This document shows, one piece after another, positions 55,954-63,788 of a DNA stretch of 64,000 bases (position 1 is its first letter; every line of letters starts with the position of its first letter). A model generated the notes under the pieces. The model was not told the DNA's origin and made no database searches. It worked only from the letters and a program-made list of their open reading frames with translations. The position numbers and the translations under genes are program-made. Source of the DNA: an uncultured virus (IMG/VR IMGVR_UViG_3300017970_000189) (taxonomy: Duplodnaviria; Heunggongvirae; Uroviricota; Caudoviricetes); the IMG/VR virus record IMGVR_UViG_3300017970_000189; one strand, given 5' to 3'.

Positions 55954-56541
55954 TCAGGCGCTCTTCGGCAGCCCTTTTCCCATGACCGATCCCATCACTC
56001 CACGCGCGCGCCAGGCCGCGTTTCTTTTTTTGAATTCCCGATACGCCTTTTCGAGGCCCCCGTGATCGACCCCATCCTGGAGAAACTTGTCGACCTCGAT
56101 CCACAGGTTCGGATTGAGATGGACGATCCCCGTTGCCAGTCCCTTCAGGCGGTACATCGCGCTTCCCACGGGGAAATCGTCGAAGATCACTCCCGGAGGA
56201 AGGATGGGCTTGATCTCCTCTTCGAGAGCCTCGCGATCCTCTCGAGTCAACCCAGGAGATTTATCCACAACGTCCATCTGCATGGCGATCGGGACCAGAT
56301 CCTCCCGGGTGATCACGTTTTTGAAGATCCTCACCACTGGGCCGATCCGGTGAAGAACCTCCCGGGCCCAGGCGGCGGAAGCCGATGTCAAGAGACACAG
56401 ATCCCCGTACACGGCGAGCTTTTCGAGGAATTGGTTTACCCCCGGTCGCACGATGATGTCGATCGGCTCATCCGTCACCGGATCAAGCACCGGCGCGGCG
56501 AGCACGTTGTCCATGTCCGTGTAGATGGGCTTTCGGATCAT
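55954..56541 (-). CDS. HAD-superfamily phosphatase, FCP1/NIF-like
   Basis: TDMDNVL (DxD) motif; VRPGVNQFL; LLTSA; IFDD. Confidence 0.75.
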   Translation of the reverse strand: MIRKPIYTDMDNVLAAPVLDPVTDEPIDIIVRPGVNQFLEKLAVYGDLCLLTSASAAWAREVLHRIGPVVRIFKNVITREDLVPIAMQMDVVDKSPGLTREDREALEEEIKPILPPGVIFDDFPVGSAMYRLKGLATGIVHLNPNLWIEVDKFLQDGVDHGGLEKAYREFKKRNAAWRARGVMGSVMGKGLPKSA

Positions 56542-56621
56542 CGGACAGGGCTCCTGTGAGAACAGGACTGTCCGGACGGACGATCAGATTGAAGTTGGAC
56601 TGTCGCTAGAAAGGCCGACAA
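56538..56621 (-). CDS. 27-aa leader peptide (MSAFLATVQLQSDRPSGQSCSHRSPVR) coupled to the HAD phosphatase
   Basis: TTG directly after leader copy 5; its TGA overlaps the phosphatase ATG (ATGA). Confidence 0.5.
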   Translation of the reverse strand: MSAFLATVQLQSDRPSGQSCSHRSPVR

Positions 56622-56709
56622 AGATGGCTCTCCTTACGAGAGCCAGAGGAGGGGGAGGGGTGCCTCCGGCAGACCTAGTAATAATAGCCCGGAGCCAGGA
56701 GGAAGTCTA
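56622..56709 (-). promoter_or_regulatory. Promoter (TAGACT-N17-TATTAT) plus structured 5' leader, copy 5
   Basis: Same leader (GTAAG loop), not followed by a collagen gene. Confidence 0.85.
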
Positions 56710-56722
56710 CCTTTTTACGCCC

Positions 56723-57146
56723 CTATTCCTCTTCGGGACGGGCCCCCACACGATGTTTCAGGCGCCATCCTTGAGGATAACTTTTGTCTAAGAATTCCTG
56801 AAACGTAAATTGCCACCAACCGTGAGGATCGACCGTTTCCACGGTCACCGTGGAGATTCCGCCTGGATATTCGAGCAAGAAATCGTAAATCGCCCCAACG
56901 GAATCTCGATCAGCGCTCCATACCTGAAAGCTCATGTTCCCCAGAGCAAGCATTCGGCCGCGGATCCAACCGGACTTGATCACCTTCTTCATCGCGGCAT
57001 TGATCTCGTCCTTCCCGTGAGGTGATTCCTCCAACCCGAAAACCTCAGGCATTTGAATGATGGATTTGAAGGGGAATGACTGCTCCCCTTTGGGAAAGCC
57101 AGAATCCCTGCGGTGCAAAGTTCGGTTTCTTAGCCTTTTTGGCCAT
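56723..57146 (-). pseudogene. Apparently frameshifted hypothetical gene
   Basis: ATG 57146 frame (MAKKAKKPNFAPQGFWLSQRGAVIPLQIH) stops at 57045; continuation IIQMPEVFGL...GWIRGR is in another frame. Confidence 0.5.
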
Positions 57147-57183
57147 ATCGTTTGATCGTGTCCTTCCCCAACCAATAGTTCAA

Positions 57184-57903
57184 TCACACTTCCGGCGATT
57201 CCTCGTGATAAAGGAGCCCGAATTCGTCCCGATCGTTCAGCCCGAACAGGGTAAGTCCCGGAAGGTCTTCCGGCATGGCCCAAATGAGCGCCCGCTCGAT
57301 CTCATAGAGGACCGGATTGAGCAGCTCCCTCCAAGGATCCCCACCCTCCCTTTTGATCCTCTCCACATCTCCCACCGGGATCCCGAGGAACCGCGCAACT
57401 TCCTCCTCCGCGCCTTCCTCGCGTTGCGCGATCATGATGAGCGGAAGCTCCGCCTGAGGGCCCCCTCGTTCCGTCTCTTCTATCGCCCGCCTGAATTCCG
57501 GATCCTGCCGGCCTTCCCGGACCATCTCCCACAGGCTGGGAAGGTCAAAAAGACCGCTCAACCATTCCTCAGACGGCAATTCAGGAGGCCTTCTTAAAAT
57601 AGGCGGGGGTGGCGCGGCCCGACGAACAGGAGGCGCTCTTCTCGCGGGCTCCGCGGGCGGCGGCACTCGTGCAGGAGCTTCGCGAACCGGAAAAGCTTCC
57701 AGGATTCCGAAGCCTGTGGGTTCCTCGGCCTTTCGAATGACTTCGAAGGCGCCGGGAGCCTGAATCATCCCCGTCTCCTCCGGAGGACGGAGCACATCAA
57801 ACACATCCGGATTCAAGGCAGGCGGTCGCGCGGGATGGTAGAACTCCACGAGCCCTTTTGGCTCTTCCTCCTTCTTCCGTTTCAAAAAGTCAAAAAGAGC
57901 CAC
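57184..57903 (-). CDS. Pro-rich protein with one copy of a repeated ~125-aa C-terminal domain
   Basis: FDL..LW...R...FLGIP...W.ELL.P...PEDLPG...Y.E. Confidence 0.75.
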   Translation of the reverse strand: MALFDFLKRKKEEEPKGLVEFYHPARPPALNPDVFDVLRPPEETGMIQAPGAFEVIRKAEEPTGFGILEAFPVREAPARVPPPAEPARRAPPVRRAAPPPPILRRPPELPSEEWLSGLFDLPSLWEMVREGRQDPEFRRAIEETERGGPQAELPLIMIAQREEGAEEEVARFLGIPVGDVERIKREGGDPWRELLNPVLYEIERALIWAMPEDLPGLTLFGLNDRDEFGLLYHEESPEV

Positions 57904-57906
57904 GCG

Positions 57907-58722
57907 CTACTCCATGTAGCCCATCCAGAACGATCCATCTTTGGCGTCCTGGAAACCCACGAGGCCCGGGATGTCATTCGGCCGTTCCTTTTCGAAGGCA
58001 TAGGAAAGCTCGTCCATGAAGGGGATGAGGAGCTGATCCCAGATGGCCTGTCCGGGATACTTCGCCACCTCCGACGGCGGGATCCGGAAATACCGGATGA
58101 GATCTGCCGCGCGGGCCGGATCGTTCCGCTGGGCCTGGGAGATCTTGATGAGCGCGATCGGCTGCCCCGGCCTGAATCTCGAATCGGCCTTGTAATGCCG
58201 GATCGTATTCCAGATCGCATCCATGTCGAACCAGTCCCGGGGATCAAGAAGCGGCGGCCCCTCCGGCCGCCTGGGCGGCCGGGCCCCACTGGGAGCGATT
58301 CCCCCGGGACGCGGACGCGGGGCACCGCCGCCTCGCGGCACCTCGCGCGCCTCCGAAGGACGCCGCTCCTCGCCCTGGTAATAGAGATAGCTCATCGGAG
58401 GAGGCGGAAGAATCGTCCAGACTTGTTTCGGCGTCGGATCCCTCCATTCCGATTCCGGCACGACGAATTGCATGAGCTCCGGAACGTATTCCTCTTCTCC
58501 TCCGTAGGTCTCATGAGGCGCGGCCGCTGGAGGAAGCGCCGGCCGTTCCGCCGCAAACCCTCCCCGCCAGGGCGACGCCGTGGGAGGCCCCGGACGCCGC
58601 AGACTGACAGCCCCTTCCGGAGCTTCTCTCGCGGCCTCTTCCTCCCTGGGGTCCCTTTCCCGGGTCTCCCCGGGACGCGGGAATTTTCTCCCTCTTTCGG
58701 GCTCCGGAACACGATAAGGCAT
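57907..58722 (-). CDS. Pro/Arg-rich protein with one copy of the same domain
   Basis: FDM..IW...R...YFRIP...W.QLL.P...PNDIPG...Y.E. Confidence 0.75.
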   Translation of the reverse strand: MPYRVPEPERGRKFPRPGETRERDPREEEAAREAPEGAVSLRRPGPPTASPWRGGFAAERPALPPAAAPHETYGGEEEYVPELMQFVVPESEWRDPTPKQVWTILPPPPMSYLYYQGEERRPSEAREVPRGGGAPRPRPGGIAPSGARPPRRPEGPPLLDPRDWFDMDAIWNTIRHYKADSRFRPGQPIALIKISQAQRNDPARAADLIRYFRIPPSEVAKYPGQAIWDQLLIPFMDELSYAFEKERPNDIPGLVGFQDAKDGSFWMGYME

Positions 58723-58732
58723 AAGATTCTCC

Positions 58733-60790
58733 CTACTCGATGTATTTTAGTAAGAATTCCTGTTCATCGTCATCCCAAGAAAACTCGAACCATCCGGGAA
58801 GGCTCTTCGGTTTCAGGGCATTCATTGCCTGGTCCACGACCGCGAAATAAGGATACAGCACTTCACTCCACAAGTCATTCTGCGCTTCATCAAAGGGCGC
58901 GCTCTTGAAAAATACATCGAAGATTTCCGTAGGAATCCCAAAATAGGTCGAAAGCTGGGCATAGAGCTCGGGGCCTTCCTCCGCAACCGGCTCCACTTCC
59001 ATCACCGCATCTATTGCGTTCTCCCTGGCCACCTCAATCTCGTGCTGAAAACCCTCGCTCTTCTGATTCCTCTTCATCGATCTCCAGAATTCCTCCCCAA
59101 ACATCTGTTCTACCCAAGGTACCACTTCGTCCACCTCCGGCAGCTTCCCCCAGATCTTCCGGATCTCCCGCTTCCGTGTCTTTTCCAGCTCCTTTTCTCT
59201 CTGCTCCCGTTCTCCTTGCTCCCGCCGTTCCTTTTCAGCCTGGACTTTCTCCTCCCCCCGAATCCGATTTTTCTCTTCATCCGAAATCGGCTCGTAATAA
59301 ACGATCCCGTAGACATCCCCATCCCATTTCCGGTCCCAGTCCAGAAAAAACCTGCCTATGAGATCCGGAGGCTTAAGAGCATCGAACGCCGCCTCGATCG
59401 CCTCTGAAACTGGGAAAATTACATCCCTGTCGAAATCTTCCCAAGTCTCTTCCCAATACCCATTCTCCTCTGCCTCTTCCTCCATCTTCTTGACATAAGG
59501 TTCGAGGACCTTATAAGGAATCCCAAGCTCCTTCGAAAAATTATGCCAGTCGCTTCCATCCCAAGTCTGAATCCCGATCGAAGCCTCGATCCCTGTGTCC
59601 TCCTCATGCGCCAGATTGTGGAGATGCCAGGGATCCCGGCGCGCCTCTCGAACATGATTCCAGACATCCTCAAGAACGAAATTTTCCCTGATCCATTCCT
59701 CCCAGCTCTTCTGACTGGAATGGACCGACATTTTCAGCTTTCTGGGCTTCCGTTTTTCCTCCCCGGGCTCCTCTTCAGGCTCCCCAGCAAAGACACCGAA
59801 GGCAGGCGCCTCCGGCCTCGCATAAGGCGCAATTCCTTGGGGAGGCAGCACATCGAAGCTTTCCAGCTCCATTGAAGGCTTGGCGATCAGGCCTCCCGCT
59901 TCCGGAACGAACGTCTCGAATGCAGGCTCCGCCGGAAGCATCGGAGGAACCTGGAAAGGCGCGAGTTCCTGAGGAGCTGCTTCCAAGGTCTTGAAGGGAT
60001 CGAAGGCCCCTGCAGGCGCAAGAGTCCCTGGAATTTCCGGAACGACGAGTCCGCTGGGAGGCCGCGGGGGCGCTTCCGGCGCCAAGATCCCAAAGACATC
60101 CTGCGTCTCGACAGGCACGAGTCCACGGGGCGCCGGAGGGGCGGGGGGCGGCGTCGGTCCGAGCACCTCCATAAAACTCACCGGCGCGCCTTCGATGATC
60201 TTTTCTTCCCGGGGAGCAGGCACGATGATCGCCTGCGCGGCCGCTTCCGGAGGCACTTGGATGGATGGGGGAGTCTCTTCGAAGATTTCCACGGGCTTGG
60301 GAAAGATGCTCCTCGGGGCTTTCCGGCGCTCGACCTCGGGAATGGGCGTCACCTCTACCTTCGGCTTCCGGCGGAAGATATCCCAGAGGCTTCTCCTGGG
60401 CTCGGCTGCCTTCTTCTTCCGCTCCGCCTCCACCCAGGCCGCATGCTCCTTCGTCAGCCAGATCGGCGGCTTCCCCCTGAGCGGCTGCTCCTCCCGGGGA
60501 TCGAAAATACTCGCTCCCAGCTCCCCGCCTCCACCGGGCCTCAAGATGTCCGACACATGCTCCGATCCGAATTCCACCGGCTCCCCGGATTCCAATACCC
60601 CCCGGTACCACCCCGGCCCCAGCACATCGTCCACCTCAGTCCAGATCGCCTGGGGATCCATTTCTTCCGATAAAAGCATCAGCTCCGCGAGATCCCCCGG
60701 TTCCAGCCCCTCCCGAACCCGTGCCGGCGGAGCCTCGAATCCGGGATAATCCCACTCCATCCGCTCGACGTTTCCCAGCACCGCTCTCAC
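58733..60790 (-). CDS. 685-aa Pro/Glu-rich protein with two copies of the same domain
   Basis: LGIP...PPDLIG...YYE and FGIP...PKSLPG...YIE. Confidence 0.8.
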   Translation of the reverse strand: MRAVLGNVERMEWDYPGFEAPPARVREGLEPGDLAELMLLSEEMDPQAIWTEVDDVLGPGWYRGVLESGEPVEFGSEHVSDILRPGGGGELGASIFDPREEQPLRGKPPIWLTKEHAAWVEAERKKKAAEPRRSLWDIFRRKPKVEVTPIPEVERRKAPRSIFPKPVEIFEETPPSIQVPPEAAAQAIIVPAPREEKIIEGAPVSFMEVLGPTPPPAPPAPRGLVPVETQDVFGILAPEAPPRPPSGLVVPEIPGTLAPAGAFDPFKTLEAAPQELAPFQVPPMLPAEPAFETFVPEAGGLIAKPSMELESFDVLPPQGIAPYARPEAPAFGVFAGEPEEEPGEEKRKPRKLKMSVHSSQKSWEEWIRENFVLEDVWNHVREARRDPWHLHNLAHEEDTGIEASIGIQTWDGSDWHNFSKELGIPYKVLEPYVKKMEEEAEENGYWEETWEDFDRDVIFPVSEAIEAAFDALKPPDLIGRFFLDWDRKWDGDVYGIVYYEPISDEEKNRIRGEEKVQAEKERREQGEREQREKELEKTRKREIRKIWGKLPEVDEVVPWVEQMFGEEFWRSMKRNQKSEGFQHEIEVARENAIDAVMEVEPVAEEGPELYAQLSTYFGIPTEIFDVFFKSAPFDEAQNDLWSEVLYPYFAVVDQAMNALKPKSLPGWFEFSWDDDEQEFLLKYIE

Positions 60791-61266
60791 TTCTTCTCCA
60801 CCCTCGGACTCCAGTCCCGCGGATCGATCTCCCAGAAGTCCGGACTTTCGACCATGTTCACGAAATCCCGCGCGGCTGTTCTCACTTTCTTGTCGATTTC
60901 TCGGAGATCCCGAATTCTCTTCCTGGGAACTCTGATCGGATTTTCTTCAAGGAATACCTCGTCATGCGCCACCAGAGTCAACCACCCTCCACTCCGGCCT
61001 TCCTGATACCAATTGGAAATCCAGTCATAATCGCCCTTCAACTGCTCGGCGAGATCTTGAAGCGCTCTTTGAGCCGCCTCTTGGTACTTTTCATCGATCT
61101 CATCTTGCGTGAGAAGTTCACTCACGATGTCGGGAATGTCCACTAGGTAGATCTTGATGTTGAAGTCGTACACTTCTACGCCTTCTTTTTGATAATGCCT
61201 GGACTTGAACCTTTTCTCGTATTCAGTCAGAAGATCGTCATAACTCATGTTCGACAGAGCTTTCAT
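60787..61266 (-). CDS. Hypothetical protein ending in DPRDWSPR
   Basis: GRSGGWL motif; coupled to neighbours. Confidence 0.7.
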   Translation of the reverse strand: MKALSNMSYDDLLTEYEKRFKSRHYQKEGVEVYDFNIKIYLVDIPDIVSELLTQDEIDEKYQEAAQRALQDLAEQLKGDYDWISNWYQEGRSGGWLTLVAHDEVFLEENPIRVPRKRIRDLREIDKKVRTAARDFVNMVESPDFWEIDPRDWSPRVEKK

Positions 61267-62000
61267 CAGGATCTCCGCACCCTGATCTGGTGCCCCCGAT
61301 TGAGCTGCTCCCAGTCCACCGTCTCCGGATCGATCTCTACATACACGGAAACCACTCCACTCTGATTTGGGGGGCCGACCCAGGCTTCCTCCGGAACCAT
61401 TTCCGGCGGGAAATATGTCTTTGCCCGCATCCAGCCATCGGGCAATAGTTCCATCTTCGGCGTGTGCTCAGGCCCAACAGTGAGCGTCGATGCTCCATAC
61501 TGCACTCCCCGGATCCAATAGGCATTCTGGCTGAAAAGCGATTCCCCCCAAATGAAAGGCAGGAGGAACGTAAACCCATCCTCGACCGCCCGCTTCACCG
61601 CCTCCAGATCCCACATCTCAGGCCGTGGGATATTCGGCGGAAGCGGAACGTCTTCCAGGCCCTGCAACTTGGGACGCTTGCGTTCCCGGGAGACCATCCT
61701 CGGACTCCATTCCCGCGGATCATCGGACATCATAAAAAAACGGTACCGGAGATCGATATGCTCCCGCTCGACAAATTCCTCAAGATCCCTGAAAATCCGG
61801 TTCATTCCGGCGATCGAGCGCATCTTTTTGGCGCGATCCGCCAACCTGAGGAGTACAGCGGCATGATCCGGAGTGAGCTGTCCAGCTTGTTTTAGAAGTG
61901 ATTCCTCAAGGATGGGAGCTGCCTTCTTGATATAAGCCTTTTCCGATTTTTCATCGAGCGGCTCTTCGTGAAGATACGTGACCACAATGCCGTACGCCAT
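61266..62000 (-). CDS. Hypothetical protein containing DPREWSPR
   Basis: 244-aa ORF; GAAGGA RBS; TGATG overlap. Confidence 0.7.
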   Translation of the reverse strand: MAYGIVVTYLHEEPLDEKSEKAYIKKAAPILEESLLKQAGQLTPDHAAVLLRLADRAKKMRSIAGMNRIFRDLEEFVEREHIDLRYRFFMMSDDPREWSPRMVSRERKRPKLQGLEDVPLPPNIPRPEMWDLEAVKRAVEDGFTFLLPFIWGESLFSQNAYWIRGVQYGASTLTVGPEHTPKMELLPDGWMRAKTYFPPEMVPEEAWVGPPNQSGVVSVYVEIDPETVDWEQLNRGHQIRVRRS

Positions 62001-62006
62001 CCTTCA

Positions 62007-62246
62007 TCACCCAAGCCGCCTCTGGATCTCGCGACCCAATTCCCTGAACTCTTCCCCGTAAATCTTCGCATCCCTCTCCCAGTCCCGCACCTGGAACTTC
62101 CGGCTGTTCTTCGCCCAGTCGTCCAGCACCTTCTGGATCATCCGGAGGATCGAATCCCCGCCGAACCCCATGTCATAGAAGACGTCGGCCAGGGCGAAGA
62201 GGTGCTGCCTGGCCTCCTCCCTCGTGAGCGGGACCGGATGCGCCAT
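62007..62246 (-). CDS. Small hypothetical protein
   Basis: Fills the gap between co-oriented neighbours. Confidence 0.55.
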   Translation of the reverse strand: MAHPVPLTREEARQHLFALADVFYDMGFGGDSILRMIQKVLDDWAKNSRKFQVRDWERDAKIYGEEFRELGREIQRRLG

Positions 62247-62564
62247 CTACTTCTTGACCGGAATCAGGCAAGCTCCGGCGAACGCCAGAAGCGCGACCGC
62301 TCCCACGATGTACTTCGTGGCCGGGCTCGCGGGCGCCTTCGCAGGAGCCGGAGGCGGCTGAATTGGCGCGGCGGCCGCCGGAGCGGGTGCGGGAGCCGGA
62401 GCCGGCGCGGGCGCGGGCGGAGCCGCTGGCGCAGCCGCCGCGGCGCCCTGGTCCGGCGCCGGAGGCGTGGCCTGCGCCTGATAGATGAAAGCCGGTCCAG
62501 AAGGATTGACCGAAGACCAGGGCTGGCCGATCACCTTCACTTCCTGAGGATGCGGGAATTGCAT
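62247..62564 (-). CDS. Pro/Ala-rich tail-anchored protein (paralog of 62586)
   Basis: QEVKVIGQ; QAQATPP; tail YIVGAVALLAFAGACLIPVKK. Confidence 0.75.
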   Translation of the reverse strand: MQFPHPQEVKVIGQPWSSVNPSGPAFIYQAQATPPAPDQGAAAAAPAAPPAPAPAPAPAPAPAAAAPIQPPPAPAKAPASPATKYIVGAVALLAFAGACLIPVKK

Positions 62565-62585
62565 GGCTCTCTCCTTTTTCGAGGA

Positions 62586-63140
62586 CTACTTCCAAGGAAT
62601 CAGGACCGCCGCGAGAAGCACCGCAGCGGCGATTCCCCCGGTGATGTACAGCGACTTTGAGCTTCCCACGGCAGCCGGAGCCTTCGGTGCAGGAGCCGGA
62701 GCCGCGCCGCCGCCAGTGGGCACGTTCGGCGCGCAGCCGGTCGGCGTCTGCGTGGTCCCCGCGGGGCACGGACCTACGAACTCATCCGGCGCAGGAGCCG
62801 TAGGAGGCGTCGCCTGAGCCTGAAAGACCGTCTCATAGGTCTGGTAGCGTCCGGTCTGCCCTTTGCCGGGAGAAATGGCTGGACCCCAGGGAGGAACCCC
62901 ATAGCGGCCGGCCTGCCCCTCGGCTGCATAGACGGCCTCAGCCGTATAAATGGGCTTAGTGCCATACTGAGCGCCCTGGTGCTGAACCGGGACATACGGC
63001 ACTCTTTGCCATGCCCCATTCACATAGATCCTCGTATACATCGGCGGTGGGCCACTTTGTTGGGCCGGGGTCGCAGGCGCCCCCATGCCCACGATTTTCA
63101 CTTCCTGAAACATCGGACTCCACATGACCATCCTCCTCAT
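62586..63140 (-). CDS. Pro/Ala-rich tail-anchored protein
   Basis: QEVKIVGMGA; QAQATPP; CPAGTTQTPTGC loop; tail YITGGIAAAVLLAAVLIPWK. Confidence 0.75.
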   Translation of the reverse strand: MRRMVMWSPMFQEVKIVGMGAPATPAQQSGPPPMYTRIYVNGAWQRVPYVPVQHQGAQYGTKPIYTAEAVYAAEGQAGRYGVPPWGPAISPGKGQTGRYQTYETVFQAQATPPTAPAPDEFVGPCPAGTTQTPTGCAPNVPTGGGAAPAPAPKAPAAVGSSKSLYITGGIAAAVLLAAVLIPWK

Positions 63141-63158
63141 TCCCCGAAGGGCAAAATT

Positions 63159-63497
63159 TTACAGAAGCGCCCGGCGTCCCAGACCCGGCGCGAGCCGGAT
63201 CCCCGCCATCCCGGCCTGCTGCCGCTGACATTGCTGAAGATTGAGCAGGGCCTGCTGGTAATTGGCCTTTGCCGTATTCCAGGCCTGTTCCACGCTATTA
63301 AGCTGCGGAGCCAAGCCGTTCACCGTGTCCGTATCTCCGGCCGCCGTCGCCGCCTTGACCTGGGCGGCGTAATTCGCGAGCTGATTCCCTGCATCATCGA
63401 CATCGGCCTGGGCCGCAGACAGGAGCGCCTCGTAGGCCGCGCATGGCAGATTGGGGATCGCCTGTCCCAGGCCTCCCATGACGAAGATCGTCCGCAT
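63159..63497 (-). CDS. LGQ-leader helical-hairpin protein (similar to 38972..39364, no TM tail)
   Basis: MRTIFVMGGLGQA; AATAAGD turn; WNT; Cys pair. Confidence 0.75.
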   Translation of the reverse strand: MRTIFVMGGLGQAIPNLPCAAYEALLSAAQADVDDAGNQLANYAAQVKAATAAGDTDTVNGLAPQLNSVEQAWNTAKANYQQALLNLQQCQRQQAGMAGIRLAPGLGRRALL

Positions 63498-63506
63498 GGA
63501 GCTCTC

Positions 63507-63788
63507 CTAGAGAATTTTCATGAGAATGATTCCTCCCAGGATCACCGCGCCTCCGATCACGACGGTCTGCGCGGGGATTCCATAGATCTTCCCCGGGACC
63601 TGGACCCCGACGATGGGCACCGTATAAGGCGCCTCCCCCGGGGCCGCATGGACTGGCGGAGCTCCTCCCCCTCCTGCACCCTGCTGGCCGGGCATCTGAT
63701 CCCGCGGCGTGGGAACGAGCGGGGCGATCTGTCCCATCCAGGGGGAAGAGCGCGGTCCCCTGAAATCTCCGACGTACATCGCGTTCAT
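63507..63788 (-). CDS. Small MGQ-leader tail-anchored protein
   Basis: SPWMGQI; tail VVIGGAVILGGIILMKIL. Confidence 0.75.
   Translation of the reverse strand: MNAMYVGDFRGPRSSPWMGQIAPLVPTPRDQMPGQQGAGGGGAPPVHAAPGEAPYTVPIVGVQVPGKIYGIPAQTVVIGGAVILGGIILMKIL

Noticed and set aside
44025..56674. CRISPR array or rho-independent terminators formed by the five repeats
   Set aside because: Copies are kilobases apart, sit between a promoter and a start codon, lack a U-tract, and no cas genes are present
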